32,000 nucleotides of DNA from Arthrobacter phage Ottawa: the sequence record OQ938580.1; one strand, 5' to 3'. Below are positions 8,171 to 16,299 of the stretch, piece by piece. The translations under genes were made by a program, and so were the position numbers. Position 1 is the first letter of the stretch. Every line of letters begins with the position of its first letter. The notes beneath the pieces are model-generated. The model did not search any database. It had not been told where the DNA came from and worked only from the letters and a program-made list of their open reading frames with translations.

Positions 8171-8466
8171 TGGGTATCAACTACGGCGTTGACCGCAGCG
8201 GCAGGATCGCCTACCAGCGCATCAAACACGTCGAGCAGCGGCACGGCTTCTGCTCGGCGTGCGGCGAGCCCACCGTCCGCCAGCGCACCTTCGAGGGCAT
8301 CGTCCACCCGAACAACCGCAGCCGCGACGGAGGCATCAAGAGCCCCGCCGACGTCCGCGCTGAGGTTCTGCGGCAGGCCCGCATGTGGCAGGCGAACCAC
8401 GACCACCAGAACTGCCCCGCCATCCGGGCGGAGCGAGTAGCACGCAGACTCAAAGGAACCAAGTGA
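8170..8466 (+). CDS. Small zinc-binding (HNH-like?) hypothetical protein
   Basis: GFCSACGEPTVRQRTFEGIVHPNN...NHDHQNC. Confidence 0.55.
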   Translation: MGINYGVDRSGRIAYQRIKHVEQRHGFCSACGEPTVRQRTFEGIVHPNNRSRDGGIKSPADVRAEVLRQARMWQANHDHQNCPAIRAERVARRLKGTK

Positions 8467-9641
8467 CCGCAGTAGCAGAGGTCCCCATCGGGAGCATCAG
8501 GCCGCACCCCCTGAACCCCAACGTGGGCAACGTTCCGGCCATCGCCGACAGCCTCAAGACCAACGGGCAGTACAAGCCCATCCTCATCCACCAGCCCACC
8601 AGCCACATCCTCGCGGGCACCCATACGTGGAAGGCCGCGCACGGCCTCGGATGGAAGACCATCGGCGGCACCTTCATCAACTGCAGCGATGAGCAGGCCC
8701 TCCAAATTCTCCTCGCGGACAACCGAGCCTCCGACGCCGGATTCACCAACGAGGACGCCGCACTCACCCTCCTGCAGGCTCTCCCGGACCTCGCTGGCAC
8801 CGGATACCAGCTGGAGGACTTGAAGCTCCCAGAGAGCAGCGTGGAGGACCTCTTCGAGCCGACCGGCGACGGCGCAGGGCAGGAGCCCGCAGGAGACGCC
8901 CCACAGGCCCCCAGAGAGCCCCTCGCGGCGACCGTGCCCCTGTGGATCGGGGCAGCCCGGGGTGAGGTCGAGAAGGCCAGCTTCGACCGCTGGAGGGCGG
9001 GCTACCCCAAGCGCAACCCGGAAGCCTTCGCGCAGGTATGCGAGGAGCTCGGCCTCGTCGAGCAGGACGCAGCACCAGCCCCCCAGCAGACCCCCCTCCT
9101 CGACGTACAGGTCGAGTACATCGACAGCCTCGTCCCCTACCCCGGCAACCCCCGGCAGGGCGACATCGGACTCATCACCGAGCTCCTCAAGGCGCACGGT
9201 CAGTTCCGGCCCATCGTCGCCAGCCGGAACACCCGCCGCATCCTCGCAGGCAACCACGTTGTCCGGGCAGCAGCAGCCCTCGGATGGGAGACCGTAGCGG
9301 TCAGCTGGGTTACAGTGGACGAGATGGGCGAGCGCAGGATCGTCCTCGCGGACAACCGCACCAGAGAGCTTGCAGACTACGACCCCACCACCCTCGGGCA
9401 GGCCCTCACAAGCGTCACGATGGAAGCCCTTGAGCGGACCACCGGCTACAGCCTCGAAGACGTTCAGGCCCTCGTCAGCGGCGACACCCCCGCCAAACCC
9501 GCAGCCCGGGCAGAGGCAACCATCCGCATCGGCAACATCAAAGGCAGGGTCCGCCTCGGGCTTCTGCAGGAACTCAACCTCACCCCCGGCTACGAGCTCG
9601 AAGAGGTAGCAGCCGTACTCAAACTGGAAGGCGTCAAGTGA
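8463..9641 (+). CDS. Protein with two ParB-like (ParB/sulfiredoxin-fold) domains
   Basis: GTG start; IRPHPLNPNVG...GQYKPILIHQ...ILAGTHTWKAA...ILLADNR and LVPYPGNPRQGD...GQFRPIVAS...ILAGNHVVRAA...IVLADNR. Confidence 0.8.
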   Translation: MTAVAEVPIGSIRPHPLNPNVGNVPAIADSLKTNGQYKPILIHQPTSHILAGTHTWKAAHGLGWKTIGGTFINCSDEQALQILLADNRASDAGFTNEDAALTLLQALPDLAGTGYQLEDLKLPESSVEDLFEPTGDGAGQEPAGDAPQAPREPLAATVPLWIGAARGEVEKASFDRWRAGYPKRNPEAFAQVCEELGLVEQDAAPAPQQTPLLDVQVEYIDSLVPYPGNPRQGDIGLITELLKAHGQFRPIVASRNTRRILAGNHVVRAAAALGWETVAVSWVTVDEMGERRIVLADNRTRELADYDPTTLGQALTSVTMEALERTTGYSLEDVQALVSGDTPAKPAARAEATIRIGNIKGRVRLGLLQELNLTPGYELEEVAAVLKLEGVK

Positions 9642-10027
9642 GCCCCGCTAACAACCTCCGCCCCGAGCACGGCCCGGACGTGATCGCCAAGGTCCTTGCC
9701 AGCACAGCCCCCAATGCCCAGATAGCACGAGAACTCAACATCGCCACAGCAACCGCGTGGCGCATCAGGAAACGACACGGAGCCCCGACAGTGACAACCC
9801 ACTTCACGACCACCAACCCGGCATCCATCGCCCGCCGCAAGGCACGGCAGGAGGCAGCTAAGGAGGGGGCAGCGAACCGCATCAGCACCCTCGACCGCAT
9901 CCGCCGCATGGCAGAGATCGACGAGTCCTACGTCAAGGCCAACCGCGAGCCCAATCCGGGCCGCTGCTGCTCACGCTGCAAGACCCCCTACAACTGCGGA
10001 AACAAGGAGTGCAAGTGCCACGGCTGA
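9638..10027 (+). CDS. HTH-containing small protein with C-terminal Cys-rich tail
   Basis: NAQIARELNIATATAWRIRKRHG; CCSRCKTPYNCGNKECKC. Confidence 0.6.
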   Translation: MSPANNLRPEHGPDVIAKVLASTAPNAQIARELNIATATAWRIRKRHGAPTVTTHFTTTNPASIARRKARQEAAKEGAANRISTLDRIRRMAEIDESYVKANREPNPGRCCSRCKTPYNCGNKECKCHG

Positions 10028-10638
10028 CAACGGAATACTTCAACAACGTCATGCCCGCCCCCGAACGGCGGAACCCCTTCGAGATGGTGAACCCCGATGA
10101 CCGGAGCATCACCATCTCGGGGCGGCACGTCGGCTCGGGTAAGGTCAAAGTGTGGCTCCGCAGCAGCCTCGGCGGGACGACCTACGAGTTCGAGATGCAC
10201 GAGAGCGAGTTCATCGCCTACGTCCGCACCAGCAGCACCGACTGGACCGAGTTCGTAGACAGCGGCTTCGAGCACGTCGTCCGCTACAACCCCATCAACG
10301 GCACATGGGAGTTCACCCCCGAGCGCGTCGGCACCACCAGCCGCTCATCCACCCCCGAGGTCGTCCCCCGGGCAGAGATGCTGGAGCTCCGCAGGACCAA
10401 CCGCCGCCTCCGCGACCAGCTGGGCGAGCTTCGCGCCGAGCTCGCAGGGGCAGAGCTCCAGCGGGATCACGCTCGCCGGGAGAAGGAGCACGCCGAGTCC
10501 ATCCTCGCCGACCTCGACACCCTCCGCAGGACCGCCGTCGTATGGCGCGATGCACGCAACGGCACCCGTGCTAAGCTGGTTGCATTCACGGACTTCTGCG
10601 CCGCGCTGGACTCCCTTCCAGCCCCGCAGGACGCATGA
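10009..10638 (+). CDS. Hypothetical protein with coiled-coil C-terminus
   Basis: MLELRRTNRRLRDQLGELRAELAGAELQRDHARREKEHAES. Confidence 0.6.
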   Translation: MQVPRLTTEYFNNVMPAPERRNPFEMVNPDDRSITISGRHVGSGKVKVWLRSSLGGTTYEFEMHESEFIAYVRTSSTDWTEFVDSGFEHVVRYNPINGTWEFTPERVGTTSRSSTPEVVPRAEMLELRRTNRRLRDQLGELRAELAGAELQRDHARREKEHAESILADLDTLRRTAVVWRDARNGTRAKLVAFTDFCAALDSLPAPQDA

Positions 10639-10642
10639 ACAA

Positions 10643-10680
10643 TAGTTAGGCCCGGACACCCCGTTCAGTGTTCGGGCCTA
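10643..10680 (+). terminator. 15-bp hairpin GTTAGGCCCGGACAC-CCCGTTCA-GTGTTCGGGCCTAAC (one G-U)
   Basis: Inverted repeat just after stop 10638, no long T-tract. Confidence 0.6.
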
Positions 10681-10694
10681 ACGCCTGTTTGCGG

Positions 10695-10708
10695 TACAAT
10701 CGGACCCA
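10695..10708 (+). promoter_or_regulatory. Candidate leaderless promoter -10 TACAAT, 7 nt before ATG 10708
   Basis: -10 consensus at leaderless spacing; no SD between it and the ATG. Confidence 0.45.
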
Positions 10709-11367
10709 TGAGCGAAACCATTCTTGGGTACGAGAGCGTGCCACCCGGCACCCTGAACCCGTACCACCGAAACCCCCGCCACGGCGACGTTGACGCCATC
10801 GCCAGCGCAGTTGACGCCCTCGGGCAGTACAAGCCCATCGTGGTCAACAGGGGCACCAAGACCGGACGCCCGAACGAGATTCTCGCAGGCAACCACACGC
10901 ACCAAGCCATCACCCGCCTCGGCCTCCCCACCATCGACGTCGCATGGCTCGACGTAGATGACGCAACGGCAGCGAAGATCGTCCTCGCGGACAACCGCAC
11001 CGGAGACCTCGCAGGCTACGAGCACGACGTCCTCTTCGACCTTCTGCAGGGACTCCAGACCCTCGAAGGCACCGGCTTCTCCCAGACCGACTACGACTCG
11101 CTCATCGTAGACATAGCCCCCCTCGAAGAGGAGCCCGTCCAGCCCGGACGCAGCCAAGAGGGGGTCAACACCTTCGACCGCAGAGCGGACTACGAGAAGG
11201 CAGAAGAGAGGGGGGTCCTCCTCGACTACAGCCTCGAAGATTACGATGCGGTCACGGCCAACCTCGACACCCTCCGCAAGCAGCACGGAGCCAAGGACAA
11301 CGCCGCCCTCGTCATCATGCTCGTCGAGGCAGCAACCGGCGAAACCGCCCCGGAGGAGACCGAATGA
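10708..11367 (+). CDS. ParB-like domain protein
   Basis: LNPYHRNPRHGDVDAIASAVDALGQYKPIVVNRG...EILAGNHTHQAI...KIVLADNRTGDL. Confidence 0.8.
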   Translation: MSETILGYESVPPGTLNPYHRNPRHGDVDAIASAVDALGQYKPIVVNRGTKTGRPNEILAGNHTHQAITRLGLPTIDVAWLDVDDATAAKIVLADNRTGDLAGYEHDVLFDLLQGLQTLEGTGFSQTDYDSLIVDIAPLEEEPVQPGRSQEGVNTFDRRADYEKAEERGVLLDYSLEDYDAVTANLDTLRKQHGAKDNAALVIMLVEAATGETAPEETE

Positions 11368-11975
11368 GCAACCACCCCATCAAGGACCTGCGCCCGTACC
11401 ACAAGAACCCCCGCCGTGGTAACGTCAAGGCCATCGCCGCCGCCCTCGAAGAGCTAGGGCAGTACCGGCCCATCACCGTCAACAAGGGCACCCTCACCGG
11501 ACGCCCCAACGAAATCCTCACAGGCAACCACACCTGTCAGGCGGCAAAGAGCCTCGGCTGGAAGGACATCGCCGTGGCATGGGTAGACGTAGACGACGAC
11601 ACCGCCGCTCGCATCGTCCTCGCGGACAACCGCACCAGCGACCTCGGCACCTACGACACCGATGAGCTCGCAGGGCTTCTCGGCGACCTTCCCGACCTCA
11701 CAGGCACCGGCTACGACGAAGACGACCTCAACGACATGCTCATCGCCGTCGAAGAGGCAGCCGCGCCAGATGTCACAACTGCAACGGAAGACCCCGAGGA
11801 GGGGGGCGAGGAGGGGGGCACCCGCTGGGAGATAGCCAGCCGGAAGACCATCATCCTCGGATACCCCCTCGACCGCTTCGTCTGGATCACCGCGCAGTTC
11901 GCAGCCCTCAGCAAGGTCTACGGCACCACCAGCAACGCAAACACCCTCAAGCGCCTGCTGGAGGACGCCAAGTGA
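11364..11975 (+). CDS. ParB-like domain protein (tandem paralogue of 10708..11367)
   Basis: LRPYHKNPRRGNVKAIAAALEELGQYRPITVNKG...EILTGNHTCQAA...RIVLADNRTSDL. Confidence 0.8.
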   Translation: MSNHPIKDLRPYHKNPRRGNVKAIAAALEELGQYRPITVNKGTLTGRPNEILTGNHTCQAAKSLGWKDIAVAWVDVDDDTAARIVLADNRTSDLGTYDTDELAGLLGDLPDLTGTGYDEDDLNDMLIAVEEAAAPDVTTATEDPEEGGEEGGTRWEIASRKTIILGYPLDRFVWITAQFAALSKVYGTTSNANTLKRLLEDAK

Positions 11976-12859
11976 CCGTCACGACCGTATACGTCGAGCG
12001 AGTAGCAACAGCCGCAGAGGCGACCACCCTCGTCGGCGAGGCCGTCGCTGCGACCACGCCCAACATCCCCAGCCCCAAGACCTCGGGCGACATAACCCGG
12101 GTCGTGGACAAGGCAGACGGCATGGTCGTAGGCATCATCACCAAGCTCGACCCCGAATGGACAGCCAACCTTCGCCGCGCCGTCATCACCATCGAGATGG
12201 GCAGCGTCGCACGCATGGGCGGTCGCATGGCAGGAGGGGGGCGGACCTTCGGATGGTCCCCCAAGCGCGTCATGAACGGCAGAGAGACCTGCCGAGCAGC
12301 AAGCGCCGCCAGCAACTACCCATCCCAGCACGAGGTCCTCTCAAGCCTCGCCAAGCACCTTACAGACCAGTTCGCCGACCTCCTCCCCGACCGGGCAGCC
12401 GCCGACCAGACCGTCCTCCAAGAGGTCCTCGAAGACTGGAAGATGGAGGAGGGGGCTCTCTGGACCAGCGGCGTCATCAACAAGAGCGCCACTCTCCCCT
12501 ACCACCGCGACGGCATGAACTTCCAGACGTGGAGCGCGATGCCAAGCCTTCGGAAGGGGATGGAAGGGGGGCACCTTCACCTGCCCGAGTACGACATCAC
12601 CTTCCCAGTCCGCGACGGCGAGGTTACATGGTTCTGCGGCAAGGACCTCGTACACGGCGTCACCCCGATGAAGATCAAGAAGAAGGTCCCCGGAGCGTAC
12701 CGCTACAGCATCGTCTACTACGCCCTCTCGGGCATGAAGGACTGCCGCACGTTCGCGGAGGAGACCACCATCAGCGCACAGCTGCGCACCGAGCGCGAGC
12801 TCCGCATGGCTGCAGAGATCAAGGACCGCCTCGCAGCAGCAAGGGAGGGGGGTCAGTGA
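11972..12859 (+). CDS. 2-oxoglutarate/Fe(II)-dependent dioxygenase, TET/JBP-like
   Basis: GTG start; LPYHRDG (HxD), GGHLHLPEYDITFPVRDGEVTWFCGKDLVHGVTPM (distal His), YRYSIVYYALSGMKDC (2OG-binding Arg). Confidence 0.72.
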   Translation: MTVTTVYVERVATAAEATTLVGEAVAATTPNIPSPKTSGDITRVVDKADGMVVGIITKLDPEWTANLRRAVITIEMGSVARMGGRMAGGGRTFGWSPKRVMNGRETCRAASAASNYPSQHEVLSSLAKHLTDQFADLLPDRAAADQTVLQEVLEDWKMEEGALWTSGVINKSATLPYHRDGMNFQTWSAMPSLRKGMEGGHLHLPEYDITFPVRDGEVTWFCGKDLVHGVTPMKIKKKVPGAYRYSIVYYALSGMKDCRTFAEETTISAQLRTERELRMAAEIKDRLAAAREGGQ

Positions 12860-13398
12860 AGCGCACACTCATCTACCTCGTGGGCGAGCCCGGGTCCGGC
12901 AAAAGTACGGCCATGGCAGCAGCCACCAGCCACTTCCAGCGGCACCCCCAGCAGGCCCCCCTCGCCCATGACCTTCTCGTGAGCGAAGCAGCCATCGAAG
13001 CCGTGGAACTGGGCAAGCGCCGAGGCACCTTCTCGGGCACCGACGCGCTCCCCATGAACGCCATCACCAAGGCCGAAGAGCTCCTCCGCAGCACCCTTGC
13101 ACCCGTCGTCCTCGGCGAGGGGGCACGGCTCGGCTGCCGTCGCTTCTTGGAGGCAGCAGTATCGGCAGGATATAAAGTCCACCTTATACATCTCAGCACC
13201 CCGCACGCCGAAGCGCAGCGGCAGCAGAGGGGGGCAGCCCAGAAGGACTCGTGGGTCAAGGGAGCCCGCACCCGGGCGGACAACCTCGCCAACCTAGACA
13301 TCCCCGGCGTGGACGTCACCCGCATCAACGGAGCACAGGCGGACGTCGCAGCCGCACTCAAGTCACTTATCACCAAGGCAGTACAGGAGGCAGCCTGA
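12856..13398 (+). CDS. P-loop nucleotide kinase-like protein
   Basis: GTG start overlapping upstream TGA; IYLVGEPGSGKST Walker A; LGEGARLGCRRFLEAAVSAGYKVHLIHLSTPHAEAQRQQRG...QKDSWVKGARTRADNLA. Confidence 0.72.
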   Translation: MKRTLIYLVGEPGSGKSTAMAAATSHFQRHPQQAPLAHDLLVSEAAIEAVELGKRRGTFSGTDALPMNAITKAEELLRSTLAPVVLGEGARLGCRRFLEAAVSAGYKVHLIHLSTPHAEAQRQQRGAAQKDSWVKGARTRADNLANLDIPGVDVTRINGAQADVAAALKSLITKAVQEAA

Positions 13399-13997
13399 TG
13401 GCAGGCAAGAATGAGGACGGCACCCCCCGCCGTGGAGCGAACACCAAGCTCACTCTCACGCGCCTCAAGAACATCATCACCGTCCTCGTAGCAGGCAACT
13501 ACGTCGGGACCGCGTGCGAGTTCGCAGGCATCGGACGCACCAGCTTCGACGACTGGCGTCGCCGGGGCGAGCGCGAGATGGACCGAGTGAACGGGCTAGA
13601 GGACCACGACGCCGACGAAATCCTTGAGGCGTTCGAGGGCAAAGACCCCGCGCAGGTCAACGCCCAAGGGCAGCCCATGGACAAGGCAAGCCCCGAGTAC
13701 ATGTGGGCCAACCGCCCCGAGGTCTTCGACGAGCACGAGTGGCCCTACGTGGTCTTCCAAGCACAGGTCCTCCGAGCCCGCGCAAGCGCAGAGGTCCGAG
13801 CCCTCCACCAGATCAACAGCGCCATGGGAAGCAACTGGCAGGCAGCCGCATGGTTCCTAGAGCGCACGCAGCCCGAGCGCTACGGACGGCAGCACCTTCG
13901 CGTCAGCCACGAGGGCAGCACCCCCGGCAGCCCCGTCGCCACGGTCGTCACAGTCGAGACGGTCGAGGAGAAGCTGAAGGGTCTCCTTGGAGGCTAG
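13398..13997 (+). CDS. Terminase small subunit
   Basis: HTH VLVAGNYVGTACEFAGIGRTSFDDWRRRGE...; WFLERTQPERYGRQ; directly upstream of large terminase. ORF track extends to 13251; ATG 13398 preferred. Confidence 0.8.
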   Translation: MAGKNEDGTPRRGANTKLTLTRLKNIITVLVAGNYVGTACEFAGIGRTSFDDWRRRGEREMDRVNGLEDHDADEILEAFEGKDPAQVNAQGQPMDKASPEYMWANRPEVFDEHEWPYVVFQAQVLRARASAEVRALHQINSAMGSNWQAAAWFLERTQPERYGRQHLRVSHEGSTPGSPVATVVTVETVEEKLKGLLGG

Positions 13998-15591
13998 CTA
14001 CCTAGAGAAGTTCACCACCCTCCCCGAGAGCCGCCGACGCGCCATCGTCGAGAAGCTCAACCAGCAGGAGCGAGCGATCCTCGTGGAGTGGCTGGAGGAG
14101 CGAAAGCGGAACCCCCTCAACTACGTCGGGCGACCGCTGGAGTTCATCGAGCAGCGCCTCGGCGAGACCGTATGGTCCAAGCAGCGCGAGATTCTGCAGT
14201 CCCTCGTGGACAACAAGAGGACCGCAGTATCCGCCTGCCACGCCCCGGGCAAGAGCTTCCTCGCCGCACGCATCGCCGCCTACTGGTCCACCGTCTACCC
14301 GGCAGGCACGACCAAGGTCATCTCCACGAGCACCACATTCCGTCAGGTCAAGAACGTCCTCTGGCCCCACATCCGCCGCCTCCAGACCGAGCACGAGCTC
14401 CCCGGGCGGACCATCGCAACGGAATGGAAGATCGGCGGCGAGCTTGTCGCTGAAGGCATCAAGCCACCAGACAACTCCGAGGCAAGCCTCAACGGCTACC
14501 ACAGCCCCAACATGCTCATCATCGTGGACGAGGCCGGTGGTATCGCCCCCTCCTTCGGGCGAGACCTTGAAGCGCTTACCACCGGCATGAACACCAAGAT
14601 GCTCATCCTCGGCAACCCCCCAGTGGACGAAGAGGGCACATGGTTCGAGGGCGTCTGCAACAGCCCCCTCTACCACCATATCGAGATCAGCGCACTGGAC
14701 ACCCCGAACTTCACAGGGGAGGAGACCGGGCAGTGCGGCTCGTGCCCCCCCGGCGTCCCCCCTCACCCGGTCGCCCACCACCTTGTTGACCGCGACTGGG
14801 TAGAGGGTCTGAGGTCAGAGTTCGGCGAGGACTCTGCGTTCTACCAAGCCCGCGTGCTCGCCAAGTTCCCCCGGGACAACAGCGCCAAGGCCCTGCCTAT
14901 CTCGTGGCTGGAGATGGCCATGCAGAACGACCTCGACGATGCAGAGAGTGGACGCATTCGCCTCGGCGTGGACATCGCGGCAGACGGCGGCGACGAGTTC
15001 GTCATCGCCAAGGCAGACGGCCCCCGCGTGGGCGTCATCCACCGCAGCATGGGCGCGGACAACGAGAACAGCATGGTCGTCGCAGCCAAGGTCAAGGACG
15101 CCATCCTCGAAGCAGAGGAGGAGCACCGCCGCAGGGGCATCTCCGATCAGGTCCGGGTCAAGCTAGACACCATCGGCGTCGGCTGGGGCGTGGTAGGCGT
15201 GCTCAAGCAGTGGCAGAAGGAGCGCGTCTTCCGGGCGGAGATTATCGGCGTCAACGTTGCAGAGAAGGCCCGCGACAGCGCTAAGTTCGCCAACCAGCGA
15301 GCGGAGATGTGGTGGAACATGCGCACCCTAATCCAGCCAGCAGACGGCGAGCAGCAGGTCCGGCTCGACATCGACATGGGCGTTCTGAAGCAGCTGAACG
15401 GCCCGCAGTACCACACCAGCAGCAGCGGCAAAATTCAGATCGAGAAGAAGAGCGACATGAAAGCAAGGGGGGTCGGCAGCCCCGACCGCGCCGAAGCATG
15501 CCTCCTCGCAGTCTTCGAGCCCCCTGTCAAGAAGAAGACCACCAACCTCCCGGTCAACCTCGGCCAGTCAAACCCATGGTCTGCGCTATAG
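13987..15591 (+). CDS. Terminase large subunit
   Basis: VSACHAPGKSFLAARIAAYW (Walker-A-like), MLIIVDEAGGIAPSF (Walker B), C-terminal nuclease-like RIRLGVDIAADGGDE. Confidence 0.93.
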   Translation: MEASYLEKFTTLPESRRRAIVEKLNQQERAILVEWLEERKRNPLNYVGRPLEFIEQRLGETVWSKQREILQSLVDNKRTAVSACHAPGKSFLAARIAAYWSTVYPAGTTKVISTSTTFRQVKNVLWPHIRRLQTEHELPGRTIATEWKIGGELVAEGIKPPDNSEASLNGYHSPNMLIIVDEAGGIAPSFGRDLEALTTGMNTKMLILGNPPVDEEGTWFEGVCNSPLYHHIEISALDTPNFTGEETGQCGSCPPGVPPHPVAHHLVDRDWVEGLRSEFGEDSAFYQARVLAKFPRDNSAKALPISWLEMAMQNDLDDAESGRIRLGVDIAADGGDEFVIAKADGPRVGVIHRSMGADNENSMVVAAKVKDAILEAEEEHRRRGISDQVRVKLDTIGVGWGVVGVLKQWQKERVFRAEIIGVNVAEKARDSAKFANQRAEMWWNMRTLIQPADGEQQVRLDIDMGVLKQLNGPQYHTSSSGKIQIEKKSDMKARGVGSPDRAEACLLAVFEPPVKKKTTNLPVNLGQSNPWSAL

Positions 15592-15610
15592 CCTCGGACC
15601 CTCTCCGATT

Positions 15611-15662
15611 TTGAAACCAACCCCCGTTAGGGTATGCTTGTGGGACGGCCCCACCGGGGGCC
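15611..15662 (+). promoter_or_regulatory. Promoter-like element R3: TTGAAA-16-TATGCT with spacer motif ACCAACCCCCGTTAGG; hairpin GGCCCC/GGGGCC
   Basis: Intergenic after terminase; shared motif. Confidence 0.65.
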
Positions 15663-15683
15663 ACCTTCGAGAGGGAGAGCAAG

Positions 15684-15866
15684 ATGCAGAACGTCAGCAG
15701 CAGCAAGACCGGCAACGGCCAGTACATCGTCCGGGCAAACGGAGCCAAGGTTGGCACCGTCACCCTGAAGGGTATCGGCAGCTGGGAAGCAGCATTCTGC
15801 GGACGCAAGCGCATCTTCCCTCAGCGGGCAGCCGCAACCGCTTGGCTCGTAGCTGGAGCCAAGTAG
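15684..15866 (+). CDS. Hypothetical 60-aa protein
   Basis: MQNVSSSKTGNGQYIVRANGAKVGTVTLKG...; preceded by gagagggagagcaag RBS. Confidence 0.6.
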   Translation: MQNVSSSKTGNGQYIVRANGAKVGTVTLKGIGSWEAAFCGRKRIFPQRAAATAWLVAGAK

Positions 15867-15897
15867 CAACCGATAACTGAAAAGCAGGAGCCTCGAA

Positions 15898-16299
15898 ATG
15901 AACACACCAGTAGAGCCCAAGGAACGCGGAGCCAAGTTCGGCGTCCGCAGCTTCACGAAGCACGCCGTCCAGCGAGCAATGGACGCGCAGGCAGCCAAGT
16001 GGGGAGCCCCCAAAGGGTACTACCACGTCGAAGTCCGGGCAGGCGTAATGAACCGCTTCGCTCAGGTCTGGGTAGTCAAAGTACGCCTCTTCGGAGGCAG
16101 CGTCCCCCACTACGAGTTCGTACTCTTCGGCAAGGATAGCCTCGGCGAGGTTCCCCAGTACCGGCAGCGCTACGCCACCTTCCTCAAGCAGGGCGGCAAG
16201 CGCATCGACCTCTTCAAGCTCGACAACCGCTACGAGACCACCAGCCTCGAAGCCTCCTATGTGGGGGAAGCACTCATGAACGGAGGGGAGGCAAAATGA
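15898..16299 (+). CDS. Hypothetical protein
   Basis: MNTPVEPKERGAKFGVRSFTKHAVQRAMDAQAAKWG... Confidence 0.65.
   Translation: MNTPVEPKERGAKFGVRSFTKHAVQRAMDAQAAKWGAPKGYYHVEVRAGVMNRFAQVWVVKVRLFGGSVPHYEFVLFGKDSLGEVPQYRQRYATFLKQGGKRIDLFKLDNRYETTSLEASYVGEALMNGGEAK

Noticed and set aside
8463-11975. Chromosome/plasmid partitioning system (ParA/ParB)
   Set aside because: No ParA ATPase and no parS-like repeats seen; ParB-like domains carry GNH instead of the GxRR box and lack an evident adjacent HTH DNA-binding module in the same proteins.
12157-12855. Long 5' extension of the kinase ORF in the ORF track
   Set aside because: The extension is the shifted frame of the dioxygenase gene (RRHHHRDGQRRTH...); GTG 12856 at the TGA overlap gives a clean P-loop N-terminus.
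15611-15880. ORF starting TTGAAACCAACC...
   Set aside because: Its start is the -35-like part of element R3 and it shadows the better 15684-15866 ORF.
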